The notes: generated from the letters alone by a model not told the origin. Counted from the stretch's first letter, positions 8,934 to 21,992 are shown. The stretch is DNA of 64,000 nucleotides from Thermodesulfobacteriota bacterium (GCA_965203965.1 CBDBDR010000017.1:1024001-1088000); one strand, 5' to 3'. A program made the numbers and translations.

Positions 8934-10646
8934 TCAGTTATCCAGCGATTTTAGTTCTTCGGCTAGAATATCACCAAACCTTGTATTTGACTCCTGGCTA
9001 GAAGCAACAAAATGTTCCATCTGCTCTTTTTCTCGCTTTTTTTCTAACTTCTTAATGCTCAAGTTTATCTGGTGTCTGTTTTTGTCAAAACCAGTCACTA
9101 AACCCGTCACTTCTTCTCCTATCTTGTATTTTTTACTGTCGTTATCAATCGTTTCAAATTCAGAGTTTTTGTAAAAACCCTCCAATTCATTTTCCAACTC
9201 AACAGTAATCCCATTAGGCTTGATTTCTTTTACCTTACCGACCAATACCGTCTCACCTATCTTGTATTTGCGCTTTACCAATTCCCATGGATTATCGCTC
9301 AACTGTTTAATACCAAGAGCAATTTTTTGATTTGGAATGTCTATATGAAGCAAAGAAACGTCAATTTTTTCCCCTATTTTATCACTGCCATAAATATTCA
9401 ACGGATTTACTCTGCCCTTCCATACAATATTTTCAGGTCTGACCAACCCGACCATGCCCTCTTCAACCTCCACAAATATTCCATGCTCGTTTATATTTTT
9501 TATGGTGCCGTTGATAACACTCCCTATTTTGTGACTACTTCTGAACATCTCCCAGGGAGTTGGCTCAACCTGTTTTAAACTCAACGACAGTTTTTTCTCC
9601 TCTTTGTTTACTGCTATTATGACCACTTCTACAATGCTTCCCTGCTGAACCATTTCTCTGGGATGGCGGAAGTTCTTTATCCAGGCAAGCTCGGTTACAT
9701 GAATCAACCCTTCTATACCGGGTTCAACTTCAACAAAAACACCAAACTCCTTGATTGAAACTATCTTGCCTTTTACCTTCGAGCCCCTTGGGTATTTTTC
9801 CTTAATACTTTCCCATGGGTCAGCAGACATCTGCTTTAGGCTGAGAGTGACGCGATTTCCATCATTCTCTATCTTTACAACCTTCAACTCCAAAGTTTGC
9901 TTTTCGGAGATAGCTTCAGATGGATGCTTTATCCTGCACCATGACATTTCGCCAATAGGTATAAAACCTGTTACTCCTGACACATCAACAAATGCACCAC
10001 TGTCAATTATCTTTACCACTTCACCTGAAGTGTTTTCCCCTTCCTTTAGACAAGAAAGAGTTTGCTGTCTCTTAATTTCTCTTTCTTCTTCAACAAGCAC
10101 CCTTCTTGAAATTACCAAACTGTTGTTGTCATTTTGTATTATCCTGACTTGGATTGGCTTTCCCATAATATTCTCACCCATATCAGGGTAAAGGCTGACC
10201 TGCGAAAATGGTAGGAAAACTCTTAACTGCGACTCTTTATTATTAACATTGCAGAGATAGCCACCCTTTACTTTAGTTGCAGGAACAACGGTTATGGCAG
10301 TTTTTTCCTGAAATGATTTGCTTAGAAATTCTTGTTCTTTTATAAGGTCAGCTTTTCTTTTTGAAACCTTGAAACCCCCAAAACCAAATCTTTCAACAAA
10401 AATATCTACCTCAGCACCAACCTCAATCTCTTTATCATCTCTTCCCCCAAATTCTTCTATAGGGATTATGCCTTCGGACTTGTAACCAAAATCAACAAAA
10501 ACAATGTCCTTATCAACTCTCACAACTGTCCCCTTGGTAATGTTTCCCTTTTCCTCATCTTCACGGATATTGAGACTTTCTTCAAGCAGATCTTCAAAAC
10601 TTTTCTCTTTATGCTCGTGCTGTTCCTGAGTTTTGTTTTCTCTCAT
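8934..10646 (-). CDS. rpsA: 30S ribosomal protein S1
   Basis: Multiple S1 repeats (FVDFGYKSEG, FGVFVEVEPGIEGLIH); follows cmk. Confidence 0.95.
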   Translation of the reverse strand: MRENKTQEQHEHKEKSFEDLLEESLNIREDEEKGNITKGTVVRVDKDIVFVDFGYKSEGIIPIEEFGGRDDKEIEVGAEVDIFVERFGFGGFKVSKRKADLIKEQEFLSKSFQEKTAITVVPATKVKGGYLCNVNNKESQLRVFLPFSQVSLYPDMGENIMGKPIQVRIIQNDNNSLVISRRVLVEEEREIKRQQTLSCLKEGENTSGEVVKIIDSGAFVDVSGVTGFIPIGEMSWCRIKHPSEAISEKQTLELKVVKIENDGNRVTLSLKQMSADPWESIKEKYPRGSKVKGKIVSIKEFGVFVEVEPGIEGLIHVTELAWIKNFRHPREMVQQGSIVEVVIIAVNKEEKKLSLSLKQVEPTPWEMFRSSHKIGSVINGTIKNINEHGIFVEVEEGMVGLVRPENIVWKGRVNPLNIYGSDKIGEKIDVSLLHIDIPNQKIALGIKQLSDNPWELVKRKYKIGETVLVGKVKEIKPNGITVELENELEGFYKNSEFETIDNDSKKYKIGEEVTGLVTGFDKNRHQINLSIKKLEKKREKEQMEHFVASSQESNTRFGDILAEELKSLDN

Positions 10647-10656
10647 AACGGTTGCC

Positions 10657-11349
10657 CTACGTTGATGGTTTTCTCAAGACTTTCATTATTTTACCCGCAA
10701 TCTCGTGAGGGGAAAATTTTGTGGTATTTATTATTACAGCATTAATTGACGGATACAAGGGAGACTCTTTTCTCTCCATGTCCTGCTTATCCCTTTTTAT
10801 TATACTTTCCAATACTTCATCATAGGATATTTTTACATCTCCTCTACTTTCAGCTAATTCCCTGAATCGCCTTCGAGCTCTTTCCTCAATTTCAGCATTC
10901 AGAAAAAATTTATGCTTGGCTTCAGGGAAGACACGAGTACCCATATCCCTACCTTCGGCGACCAGACCACCTTTTAGCTTTAGCACAAATTGTCTCTGCA
11001 AACCCTCAAGATACTTTCGCACGTTCCTCATTCTGGCAATATCTGATGAAAGCTTTGTCACCTCAGACTCTCTTATCTTATCCGTAATGTCCGTGTTGTT
11101 TATAATGTATCTCATCTTGCCTTTTTCATCTTTTCTTATCTCAAAGGTAAGGCCGTCCAACAAACCTCTGATAGCTCCCTCATCATTTGTGTTTACTCTC
11201 TTGTCTTTGATTGCCACAGCCACGGTTCTATACATCGCCCCGGTATCCAGATAGAAATACCCCATATTATCTGCAACTATTTTTGCAACTGTGCTTTTAC
11301 CGGAACCCGCGGGACCGTCAATGGTGATAACATCGTTTCTCAAAATCAC
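10657..11349 (-). CDS. cmk: cytidylate kinase
   Basis: IDGPAGSGKST, DTGAMYR, EGRDMGT. Confidence 0.97.
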   Translation of the reverse strand: MILRNDVITIDGPAGSGKSTVAKIVADNMGYFYLDTGAMYRTVAVAIKDKRVNTNDEGAIRGLLDGLTFEIRKDEKGKMRYIINNTDITDKIRESEVTKLSSDIARMRNVRKYLEGLQRQFVLKLKGGLVAEGRDMGTRVFPEAKHKFFLNAEIEERARRRFRELAESRGDVKISYDEVLESIIKRDKQDMERKESPLYPSINAVIINTTKFSPHEIAGKIMKVLRKPST

Positions 11350-12665
11350 GACCCTCTTAATCGTTCAAGGGTTTGAAAAAATCCTGGGTAGGAAATATTC
11401 ACACAGTCTGCCCCGTTGATAATGGTCTCACCCTTTGCCCTTGTTGCAGCAATGGAAAGCGACATTGCTACTCTGTGATCACCCCAGCTTTCACATACCG
11501 AACCTCTTAGGTTTTCTGTCCCCTCAATTATCATGCCATCTTCAAGTTCAGTAACCTGCACACCAAATTTCTGCAACTCAAACGTCATGGCTTTAATTCT
11601 ATCAACTTCCTTAACTCTCAACTCTTTTGCCCCTGAAATTATCGTCTTTCCCTCTGCAAAACATGAGGCAACAGCTATAATCGGAAGCTCATCTATGGTT
11701 TTTGGAATTAAATCGCCCTTGATCTCAATCCCTTTCAAATCACTGCTTTTAATTAAAATATCGCCCACGGGTTCACCGCACTCTTCCCTTTGGTCCAGCA
11801 CCTTAATATCTCCACCCATTTTAATTAACACCTTTATAATTCCCGCTCTTTCACTGTTAAGTCCAACGTTATTTATGAGCAATTCGGATCCATTGTTCAA
11901 AAGTGCACCAACCATAAAAAACGATGCCGAAGATATATCCGAAGGTATTATAAGGTTGGCGGCTTTATATTCACGGTTTTCCAAAACGGCTGTCTTATTA
12001 CCTGATACATCAATATTCACCCCAAAGTGGCGTAGCATCCTTTCGGTGTGGTCCCTGGTTTTTTGTGGCTCAATTATTTCTGTTATACCGTCAGCATACA
12101 GCCCCGCCAGAATTAAAGCGGATTTAACCTGAGCACTTGCAACTGGTAGTTTGTATGATATTCCTTGTAGTTTTTGTCCTTTGATACACAGAGGAAGATT
12201 GTTCTTGTTTTTTTCACCTGAAAATTCCGCACCCATCAACTCCAGTGGTCTTACAACTCTTTCCATAGGACGTTTTTTCAGATACCTGTCCCCCGTGATC
12301 CGGGAGGTAAAAGATTGTCCACTTAGTAAACCTAACAATAATCTCGCAGTGGTACCGGAATTTCCTGCATCTATGGCATTTGTCGGCTCGTTCAATCCCC
12401 TTAATCCCCTGCCTCTGATAATTAGATCTGGGTTACCAGATTTCTGCTCAAATCTTACTGGAACATTTTCTATTTCTGTTCCAAGGTTTGCAAGAGCCTT
12501 CAAGGTTGAGAGTGTATCCTCACTGTTCAAAAATCCCCTTATTCTTGACCTACCATTGGCAATCGCACTTAAAATAGCTGCCCTGTGAGAAATAGATTTG
12601 TCCCCAGGCGGGATAAATTCACCAATAAACGGGCCTTTGTTTCCTGATATTGCTGCCTTTGTCAC
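11346..12665 (-). CDS. aroA: 3-phosphoshikimate 1-carboxyvinyltransferase
   Basis: PGDKSISHR, GNSGTT, SAQVKS, DHRVAM. Confidence 0.97.
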   Translation of the reverse strand: MTKAAISGNKGPFIGEFIPPGDKSISHRAAILSAIANGRSRIRGFLNSEDTLSTLKALANLGTEIENVPVRFEQKSGNPDLIIRGRGLRGLNEPTNAIDAGNSGTTARLLLGLLSGQSFTSRITGDRYLKKRPMERVVRPLELMGAEFSGEKNKNNLPLCIKGQKLQGISYKLPVASAQVKSALILAGLYADGITEIIEPQKTRDHTERMLRHFGVNIDVSGNKTAVLENREYKAANLIIPSDISSASFFMVGALLNNGSELLINNVGLNSERAGIIKVLIKMGGDIKVLDQREECGEPVGDILIKSSDLKGIEIKGDLIPKTIDELPIIAVASCFAEGKTIISGAKELRVKEVDRIKAMTFELQKFGVQVTELEDGMIIEGTENLRGSVCESWGDHRVAMSLSIAATRAKGETIINGADCVNISYPGFFQTLERLRGS

Positions 12666-12712
12666 AGAAAACTTAGACTACCACAATGACAAATGGTAAC
12701 AATTTTTATAAA

Positions 12713-13108
12713 TCAGGAAATGATTATATTGCTGTCTTTAGGTTTTGCTCCTTCACCAGTACCTTTTTGTCCAGACTTTGCCTCAATTAGTGCAAACAAC
12801 CTATTTTTAAAGCCTTCTTCAAAAGCACATACAGAAGGAATTATGAAACCCAAGAGGGCTACCTGAAGAAAAAATTCCGTATTTGCAATAAGAAACTCCT
12901 CTTTATACTGACCACCGTAAGATTTGGAGAGATTCTCGTATATTTGTTGTCCCAACTCCGGAGCCACCTCTGCCACGCTTTTCAGATGAGCGGAAGACTG
13001 GTTAGCGGCAACCCCCATATTGAACGCCATTGTGACGGAAGTCATTAAATCCGTTTCCGGAGATTGAGATGTTTTCTCCTCTTTTTTCTCATTGTCTTTT
13101 TCAGCCAT
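12713..13108 (-). CDS. hypothetical protein
   Basis: Non-overlapping ORF filling an intergenic gap; probable start MAEKD. Confidence 0.6.
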   Translation of the reverse strand: MAEKDNEKKEEKTSQSPETDLMTSVTMAFNMGVAANQSSAHLKSVAEVAPELGQQIYENLSKSYGGQYKEEFLIANTEFFLQVALLGFIIPSVCAFEEGFKNRLFALIEAKSGQKGTGEGAKPKDSNIIIS

Positions 13109-13237
13109 GATGCGACCCCCGTGGACAAAGCACTCTATATTGCAATGCAAATTTAGGTTATATATAGTATATTCATACTCTTGGAATTAGCAAATATGCC
13201 TCTTGTGTATTAAACACTCGCTATTTAAGTATATCCC

Positions 13238-13738
13238 ATGACAGCTAAACAGTTGATCACCCGACTGGGTTTGAAACCACTTAAAAGAGAAGGGGGATAT
13301 TATTTTGAAACTTTTAGAAGCGGAGAAAAACTGGCGGCTCCAAACCTTCCTGAAAGGTATGGGACTGACAGGTGTCTCTCAACAGCAATCTACTATCTTT
13401 TGACATCAGAAACCAGATCTGAAATCCACAGGGTTTTTTCCGATGAGGTTTTCCATTTTTATCTTGGCGATCCCGTGCAGATGCTTCATTTGAATCCCAA
13501 TGGAAGTTCCAATATTTTTTTCCTTGGTAACAACATAACATCCGGGCAGAGGCCTCAGGTTGTAGTCCCAGCAGAAGTGTGGCAGGGCTGTAAACTGGTG
13601 GAAGGGGGAGAGTTTGCCCTAATGGGAACAACCGTTGCCCCAGGGTATGAACCTGCAGATTATGAACATGGAAACAGAAATGAATTGATTAAAATGTTCC
13701 CTCAGCATGAAAAAATTATCAATGAGCTAACAGAGTGA
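13238..13738 (+). CDS. cupin domain protein (Cupin_5/DUF985)
   Basis: EGGYYFET, TAIYYLL, SDEVFHFYLG, TVAPG motifs. Confidence 0.9.
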   Translation: MTAKQLITRLGLKPLKREGGYYFETFRSGEKLAAPNLPERYGTDRCLSTAIYYLLTSETRSEIHRVFSDEVFHFYLGDPVQMLHLNPNGSSNIFFLGNNITSGQRPQVVVPAEVWQGCKLVEGGEFALMGTTVAPGYEPADYEHGNRNELIKMFPQHEKIINELTE

Positions 13739-13744
13739 AAGATC

Positions 13745-14212
13745 ATGATTAATGATGAACTTGAGTATGCAGGTTTTTGGAGCAGAGTTTTGGCAAGTAT
13801 TATAGACTATTTTTTGCTGTTAATAATTTCCTCACTACTGCTTTTTTATATTTACGGAGAGGAGTATTTTTCACAAACAGAATATTTTCTTGCCGGTCCT
13901 GCGGATTTTGTCATTCTCTATTTGTTTCCATTCCTTGCCACTGTTCTCTTCTGGATCTATCGCCAAGCCACACCGGGTAAAATGGTTATTTCAGCAAAGA
14001 TCGTTGATGCCCGCACGGGAAAAAAACCTTCAACAGGTCAGTTTATAGGCAGGTATTTGGGGTATATTCCGTCGGGCCTATTCCTGGGCATGGGATTTTT
14101 ATGGGTTGCTTTTGATAAACAGAAACAAGGCTGGCATGACAAACTCGCCGGCACAGTGGTAATTAGAAATCGGATTAAAGTGGAAAAAGTTGAATTTGAA
14201 AAAGCTACTTAG
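13745..14212 (+). CDS. RDD family membrane protein
   Basis: [28 protein letters not shown]. Confidence 0.9.
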   Translation: MINDELEYAGFWSRVLASIIDYFLLLIISSLLLFYIYGEEYFSQTEYFLAGPADFVILYLFPFLATVLFWIYRQATPGKMVISAKIVDARTGKKPSTGQFIGRYLGYIPSGLFLGMGFLWVAFDKQKQGWHDKLAGTVVIRNRIKVEKVEFEKAT

Positions 14213-15083
14213 CCTCAGCTATAGCTTCTTTTAACGTCTGCCCTATTTCAGCAGGGCTTTGGGCGGTTTTTACCCCTGCTTCGTTAAGTGCTTTAAATTT
14301 ACCCTCTGCACTGCCTGAACTTCCTGATATTATAGCTCCTGCATGCCCCATCCTTTTGCCCTTGGGTGCCGTCGCACCTGCTATAAAAGCAGCCACGGGT
14401 TTTGTAATACTCTCGCTTATAAAAGCTGCTGCTTCCTCTTCATCACTTCCACCGATCTCACCTATTAGAACAATCCCCTCTGTGGCAGGGTCGTCCTGAA
14501 ACAATTGCAACGCATCTATGAAAGTTGTGCCAATTATGGGGTCGCCTCCAATACCTATACACGTAGATTGACCAATGCCAAGCTCAGTGAGTTGCCAAAC
14601 TGCTTCATAAGTCAATGTTCCACTCCTGGAAATTATGCCGATTTTACCCGGCGTGTGAATATATGCGGGCATAATTCCAATTTTTGTCTCACCAGGGGTG
14701 ATAATACCGGGACAATTGGGACCAATCAGTCTTGAATCCGAGTTTTTAAGCGCATCCTTTGCCTTAATAATATCCAAGGTGGGAATGCCTTCAGTGATGC
14801 AGATAATTAATTTCACATACGCAGAGGCAGCTTCCAGTATTGAATCCAGAGCAAAAGCAGCGGGAACAAAAATTAGAGATACATCAGCATCTGTATGTTT
14901 CACAGCTTCCTCAACTGTGTTGTAAACCGGAAAACCTTCCACTTCGGAACCACCTTTGCCCGGGGTAACACCACTTACGATCTGAGTCCCATATTGCCTG
15001 CATTGAGTTGCATGAAATAAACCCTGACTACCTGTTATTCCCTGCACTAATACCTTACTGTTCTTGTCTACTAAAATACTCAT
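14205..15083 (-). CDS. sucD: succinyl-CoA synthetase alpha subunit
   Basis: [27 protein letters not shown] phospho-His motif. Confidence 0.97.
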   Translation of the reverse strand: MSILVDKNSKVLVQGITGSQGLFHATQCRQYGTQIVSGVTPGKGGSEVEGFPVYNTVEEAVKHTDADVSLIFVPAAFALDSILEAASAYVKLIICITEGIPTLDIIKAKDALKNSDSRLIGPNCPGIITPGETKIGIMPAYIHTPGKIGIISRSGTLTYEAVWQLTELGIGQSTCIGIGGDPIIGTTFIDALQLFQDDPATEGIVLIGEIGGSDEEEAAAFISESITKPVAAFIAGATAPKGKRMGHAGAIISGSSGSAEGKFKALNEAGVKTAQSPAEIGQTLKEAIAEAK

Positions 15084-15167
15084 CTACTATAACTCCTGAA
15101 TACCAAAAAGTGTGCAATTTGCGGAGCAAAATAATAACACGTCAATTTTATTGTTCAAACCCACGGG

Positions 15168-16037
15168 CTACTCTATGTTCTGTATCTGCTCTCTGATCTT
15201 TTCCAATTCTGAACGGAGATCAATTACATGGTGTGAAATTACTGCATCTTTGGATTTGGCAGAAATTGTCCCAGCCTCCCTGTTCATCTCCTGAACCAAA
15301 AAATCAAGCTCTTTTCCTATGGGCACGCTTTTTTCCAGAGTTTCAGTGAATTTTTCAATATGAGCGTCAAGCCTGACAAGTTCCTCTGTTATATCACTTC
15401 TTTCTGTTTGAATTGCAATTTCCTGATATAAACGTTGGTTATCAACGCTTACATCTTTCAATAGAGTTTCCACTTTTACCTTGAGCTTTTTGAATGCCTG
15501 TTGTGAAAAATTATTTCTTTTTCTCTTGACCCTTCTCACATGAGATTCACATATTTTAATTCTTTTAATGAGTTCTTTTTTTAGTTTTTTCCCTTCGTTG
15601 CCCCTGTTTGCGTCTAAGTTTTTCAGCGCCGCAATCAATGTGTCCCTGACTTTAACTAAAGATGACTCTGATAATTGATCATTAAAATTATTGGCAAAAA
15701 GCTCTTTGAAAGCCAACAGGTGATTGAGACCTACTTCATCTTTTATTCCCAGATCGGAAACAAAACTTTTGAGATCTTTGGTAAATTGCTTGCCCATTTC
15801 CTTGTTGAAGTTGGAAAATCTGCCATTTTTACTTTCTATTAAAATTACCACTTTTAGCTTGCCCCTTGATATACCCTTTTTAATAAGTTTTAAAAACTCA
15901 TGCTCAGATGAGTTGAGAGAGTCAGAAATTTGGAGTTTGCAATCTAGGAAACGATGGTTCTCTGACCTTATTTCAACTAAAACTTTGCCATTATTTATTG
16001 ACCTTTCACTGCTTGAATAACCCGTCATGCTTTTCAT
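15168..16037 (-). CDS. yicC: YicC/YloC family endoribonuclease
   Basis: MKSMTGY, NHRFLD, DITEELVRL, LDFLVQEMNRE, IREQIQNIE. Confidence 0.93.
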   Translation of the reverse strand: MKSMTGYSSSERSINNGKVLVEIRSENHRFLDCKLQISDSLNSSEHEFLKLIKKGISRGKLKVVILIESKNGRFSNFNKEMGKQFTKDLKSFVSDLGIKDEVGLNHLLAFKELFANNFNDQLSESSLVKVRDTLIAALKNLDANRGNEGKKLKKELIKRIKICESHVRRVKRKRNNFSQQAFKKLKVKVETLLKDVSVDNQRLYQEIAIQTERSDITEELVRLDAHIEKFTETLEKSVPIGKELDFLVQEMNREAGTISAKSKDAVISHHVIDLRSELEKIREQIQNIE

Positions 16038-16174
16038 AATTAATTCCCTAGACTGGCAAAAATAGTTCTGAACCTACAACAAAGTGCTTGCTCACCGGTG
16101 ATTATTTCTTGATATTTAATTCCTGCAAACTATTTTATACAGATAACCCTGATTATCATAGATAATAAAGTACA

Positions 16175-16615
16175 TTGATGAAATATCTTACAGCTTTCTT
16201 GCTGGTATTCTTATTTTTTCTCAACTCCTGCGTGCTGACACATCAAAAAACCCCCACGGGGGTGGTAATCACTTTTCATGAAGCTCTCAAGAATGAAGAT
16301 TATGGAAAGGCTTATGACCAGATATATACTTTCTTTTCGGACAAGGAAGGTTACGTAGGCACAATGAAGAATACTTCGGAGAAGCTTCAGACCAGGCTGA
16401 TTAGCTACAAAGTGCTTGGAACTCAAATTTTTAAGTATAGTGCAATAGTGGTTGTAGAACTTCAGACGGACAGGAATATAAACGGTAACACTGAAAAAAC
16501 AATTACAAAACAACAATTTGATCTCAAACTATTTGAAAATAAGTGGAAAATTATAAAAGGAAGATGTATTGAAAACTGCCCGGTAAGTAGTGAATTTGAG
16601 GTAAAAACAAAATGA
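16175..16615 (+). CDS. hypothetical lipoprotein (NTF2-like/DUF4878-like)
   Basis: Lipobox-like FLNSC, ENKWKI near the end, overlaps dapB start. Confidence 0.6.
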   Translation: MMKYLTAFLLVFLFFLNSCVLTHQKTPTGVVITFHEALKNEDYGKAYDQIYTFFSDKEGYVGTMKNTSEKLQTRLISYKVLGTQIFKYSAIVVVELQTDRNINGNTEKTITKQQFDLKLFENKWKIIKGRCIENCPVSSEFEVKTK

Positions 16616-17412
16616 TCAAGGTAGCAGTATGCGGTGCCGCGGGCAGGATGGGTAAAAGCATTCTTAATTCTTTGTTCAATGACGCTGAAATGGAGGTGGT
16701 AGGGGCAACCGAGTCAAGCGGTCATTCACTGGTGGGAAGTGATCTGGGACTTATCGCAAACTCAGCGGGCAAAAATATACTCATAACTGACGATTTAAAT
16801 TCAGCGTTTAAGGATGCTGACGTCGTCATTGATTTTACCACCACCTCATCAACCCTCCTTATAGGGGAGAATTGCAGTCGTAATAAAAAATCCCTTGTAA
16901 TTGGAACAACAGGATTTTCAAGTGAAGAAAAGAAAAAATTGGAAAAGAGCATTGAAAAAGTGCCAACTGTAATTTCACCTAACATGAGTATTGGGGTAAA
17001 CCTTGTTTTTGAAGTCTCAAAATTTTTAGCTGACCGTCTTGGAAATGAATTTGACATTGAAGTAATGGAGACTCACCACAGGGACAAAGTTGATGCACCA
17101 AGTGGAACGGCACTTAAGCTGGCGGAGTCAGTCGCTGAGGGACGCTGTATTGATTTGAATAAATATGCAAAGTTTGAAAGATATGGAAACACGGGCAGAA
17201 GAAAACAAGAGGAAATAGGCATACAAACTTTAAGGGGTGGGGATGTTGTAGGCGACCACACCGTAATGTTTCTCGGCAATGGAGAGAGGATTGAACTTAC
17301 ACACAGGGCTCTCAGCAGAGAGAACTTTTCCAGAGGTGTTTTAAGAGCTGCTAAATGGATTATCGGAAAACCCCCGGGCATATACAGCATGAAGGATGTA
17401 TTGGGAATATGA
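16612..17412 (+). CDS. dapB: 4-hydroxy-tetrahydrodipicolinate reductase
   Basis: GAAGRMG, IGTTG, ETHHRDKVDAPSGTA. Confidence 0.97.
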   Translation: MIKVAVCGAAGRMGKSILNSLFNDAEMEVVGATESSGHSLVGSDLGLIANSAGKNILITDDLNSAFKDADVVIDFTTTSSTLLIGENCSRNKKSLVIGTTGFSSEEKKKLEKSIEKVPTVISPNMSIGVNLVFEVSKFLADRLGNEFDIEVMETHHRDKVDAPSGTALKLAESVAEGRCIDLNKYAKFERYGNTGRRKQEEIGIQTLRGGDVVGDHTVMFLGNGERIELTHRALSRENFSRGVLRAAKWIIGKPPGIYSMKDVLGI

Positions 17413-17435
17413 AAGCGGAACACCTTTTTATTTGA

Positions 17436-18928
<1,493 letters not shown>

Positions 18929-18929
18929 A

Positions 18930-20534
18930 GTGAGGAAATTACCCAGAGGTTGGATAATCACTATTTTACTTATCTCTGTTTTGTCGTTGGTTTTTCTTGT
19001 TCCGACTTTTGCAGGAGATAACCTTCCATCTTGGTGGTCAAAAATTTTTCCGAGCAAGGGTATAAGGTTAGGACTTGACCTGAAAGGGGGAATATTCCTA
19101 CTGCTGGACGTTCAGACTGAAAAATCCATTGAGCAAGAGCTAAATTCCATCAATGACATAGTTAAACAGGATCTAACCGAAAGCAGGGGGATCATAAAAT
19201 CATCAGGTGTAAGTGGAAGTTCATTAATTATAGACTTCTATTCAAAAGATGACCTCTCAAAAGCCAAAGAAGCAGCAACCAGCAATTTCTCAAATGTAGC
19301 TTCAATCAGTGAAGAGAATTTAACTCTAAGGGTAACACTGAATCCCAATTACGTTACCGACCTGAAAAAGAACTCTTTATCTCAGGTAAAGCAAGTTATA
19401 GAAAATAGGGTCCTTGACTTCGGACTGATAGAACCTTCTATCCAAACAACCGGTGAAAACAGAATATTGATCCAAGTGCCAGGTGCATCACAACAGGACA
19501 GGCAAAGAATAGTTGATCTGATAAAAAAGGCGGCGGTCCTTGAATTTAAACTTGTCAGGTCGGCAGGGGTCAGCAAAGAAGCAATACTACAATCAGAGGA
19601 AATACAGAACGAGGATGAATTGAAATCCAAGAAACTTGAAATACATAGGGGTGAAACCGGCAATCAGAATGAGGCGTTTTTCTTGACTGATGAAGAGCCC
19701 CAAGTTACGGGTGAATACATATCGGATTCAAGAATAACATTTGACAACTTTGGAAGGCCCGCGGTGCTTTTCAGATTCAGAGGAGAAGGTGCCAAGAAGT
19801 TTGGCGAATTAACAGGAAACAATATAGAGGAGAGGCTTGCCATTGTGCTTGACGGAGTTATTAAATCTGCTCCGGTTATTAACGACAAAATAACCTACGA
19901 GGGCACCATAACGGGCATGTTCACACCGGAAGAAGCAAGGGATCTTGCACTGGTGCTGAGATCCGGATCCCTTCCCGTTCCCGTAACGGTGCAACAGGAA
20001 AGATCGGTAGGTCCTTCTTTGGGGCAGGACTCCATAGAAAAAGGACGGATTTCTATGATAGTTGGAGGAATTCTTGTGATTGTTTTCATGGCTTTTTTCT
20101 ACAAACTACAAGGGTTTATAGCAGACGTTGCACTTTTGCTTAACATGCTTTTCATAATGGGCTTTCTATCCGCCTTTGGCATAACACTAACACTACCCGG
20201 TATTGCCGGACTTGTGCTGACACTGGGCATGGCAGTTGACGGCAACATCATCATATTTGAGAGGATCAAAGAAGAGACCAGAATAGGAAAATCCCCAATT
20301 GCAGCCATAGACGCCGGTTATGCAAGGTCATTCTGGACAATTCTTGATGCTAACATCACGACCCTGTTGACGGCGTTAATACTATTCTGGTTCGGAACGG
20401 GGCCGATTAAAGGTTTTGCGGCAACTTTATCAATAGGAATTATTTCAACTGTTTTCAGCAACATTATTGCGGCAAGGATAATTACAAACTATTTTTACAG
20501 AGATAAACAGTTGACGGACAACATAAGTATATAG
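18930..20534 (+). CDS. secD: protein translocase subunit SecD
   Basis: LGLDLKGG, VGPSLG, TLPGIAG, GMAVDGNIIIFERI; GTG start at 18930 is in frame with the ORF. Confidence 0.96.
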   Translation: MRKLPRGWIITILLISVLSLVFLVPTFAGDNLPSWWSKIFPSKGIRLGLDLKGGIFLLLDVQTEKSIEQELNSINDIVKQDLTESRGIIKSSGVSGSSLIIDFYSKDDLSKAKEAATSNFSNVASISEENLTLRVTLNPNYVTDLKKNSLSQVKQVIENRVLDFGLIEPSIQTTGENRILIQVPGASQQDRQRIVDLIKKAAVLEFKLVRSAGVSKEAILQSEEIQNEDELKSKKLEIHRGETGNQNEAFFLTDEEPQVTGEYISDSRITFDNFGRPAVLFRFRGEGAKKFGELTGNNIEERLAIVLDGVIKSAPVINDKITYEGTITGMFTPEEARDLALVLRSGSLPVPVTVQQERSVGPSLGQDSIEKGRISMIVGGILVIVFMAFFYKLQGFIADVALLLNMLFIMGFLSAFGITLTLPGIAGLVLTLGMAVDGNIIIFERIKEETRIGKSPIAAIDAGYARSFWTILDANITTLLTALILFWFGTGPIKGFAATLSIGIISTVFSNIIAARIITNYFYRDKQLTDNISI

Positions 20535-20557
20535 AAGACAACAGAGAGGATGCTAAA

Positions 20558-21478
20558 TTGTGGATAGTTAGATTAGACACTACTTATAATTTTGTCAGCA
20601 AAATGCCCATGGCAGCTAAACTATCAGCATTGTTGATAGTTATCTCACTTGGTTCGCTCATTTACCATGGGGGACCTAACTGGGGTGTGGAATTTACCGG
20701 TGGCACGGAAATTCAGATTAAGTTTCCCGAAGGTCCCCGCACGGACGTTATAAGGAATAAAATGTCAGAAAACGGTTACGAAACCGAGACAGTTCAGCAG
20801 TTTGGACTTGCCTCGGATAGGGAATACCTTATATCTCTGTCCCCAAAAGTTGTGAGCTTTGACCAGATACAATCATTTAAGAACGCGCTTAACAAAGTCA
20901 TTGCAAGCACTCCGGAGTTCAAGGGTGCACAAATCCAGAGGATAGATTACATAGGTCCGAAGATCGGCAAGGAATTGGTGCAAAAAGCCATATTGTCAAT
21001 AATGATTGCATGCGTCGGCATTCTCATCTATTTGGTATTCAGGTTTGAAATGGGGTTTGCCATCGGTGCGGTTGCTGCACTATTTCACGACACAATTATA
21101 ACCCTTGGTGCAATCTCACTGACAAACAAGGAATTTAATCTGGCAATTGTCGCAGCACTACTCACCGTAATTGGTTACTCCGTAAATGACACCATTGTTA
21201 TTTTTGACAGGATAAGGGAAAACATTTCCAAGTCCCTGTCAAAGAGTTTCGGGGAAATAGTAAACGAAGGTATCACGCAGACTCTATCCAGAACAATACT
21301 AACAGGAGTAACGGTTTTTATAGTCTTAATACCCCTTTTCTTCCTGGGTGGTGCCGTTATACATGATTTTGCTTTCACTCTAATTGTGGGCGTTATGGTG
21401 GGAACTTATTCTTCAATATTTGTCGCAAGCTCATTTGTCATGTATTGGAGAAAAAGGAAATCAACCAACCAGTCCTGA
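20558..21478 (+). CDS. secF: protein translocase subunit SecF
   Basis: GVEFTGG, GYSVNDTIVIFDRIRE, GTYSSIFVA. Confidence 0.96.
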   Translation: MWIVRLDTTYNFVSKMPMAAKLSALLIVISLGSLIYHGGPNWGVEFTGGTEIQIKFPEGPRTDVIRNKMSENGYETETVQQFGLASDREYLISLSPKVVSFDQIQSFKNALNKVIASTPEFKGAQIQRIDYIGPKIGKELVQKAILSIMIACVGILIYLVFRFEMGFAIGAVAALFHDTIITLGAISLTNKEFNLAIVAALLTVIGYSVNDTIVIFDRIRENISKSLSKSFGEIVNEGITQTLSRTILTGVTVFIVLIPLFFLGGAVIHDFAFTLIVGVMVGTYSSIFVASSFVMYWRKRKSTNQS

Positions 21479-21485
21479 ATTAAAA

Positions 21486-21992
21486 GTGGAAATCCTTGCA
21501 CTGGTAACTTTCATCATCCTCTCTTCTATAGCCATTATGGGCCATCTTTTAGGATTACCGTGCAACTGGGCAATACTTGTCTTTTCATTCCTGCTTGCAT
21601 GGTTAGGGGACTTTAACAAAATACAAATTCCTTCGCTGATTGTTCTGTTTTCATTGTCTTTTTTGGGTGAAATTATGGAGTTTGTTATAGGAATTATCGG
21701 TGCAAAAAAAGTCAAGACAAGCAACTGGGCAATCGTGGCGTCTTTCATTTTTGGTTTGGCAGGTGCCATATTGGGTGCACCTTTTTTCCTCGGAATAGGA
21801 GCGATAATTGGGGCATTTGCCGGCGCTTTCATAGGAACGTTCACAGTCGAGCTATTTATAGGAAAAAATCTACATCAATCCATTTTAGCAGGATGGGGAA
21901 CATTGCTTGGGAAATTAGGCGGCTCATTTGCAAAAATGACCATCGGGATTACCATGGTCGTAGTTACGCTTACCACTTATTTTAAGAATTGA
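21486..21992 (+). CDS. DUF456 family membrane protein
   Basis: Gly-rich hydrophobic helices (GAIIGAFAGAFIG..E); GTG start just after secF assumed. Confidence 0.75.
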   Translation: MEILALVTFIILSSIAIMGHLLGLPCNWAILVFSFLLAWLGDFNKIQIPSLIVLFSLSFLGEIMEFVIGIIGAKKVKTSNWAIVASFIFGLAGAILGAPFFLGIGAIIGAFAGAFIGTFTVELFIGKNLHQSILAGWGTLLGKLGGSFAKMTIGITMVVVTLTTYFKN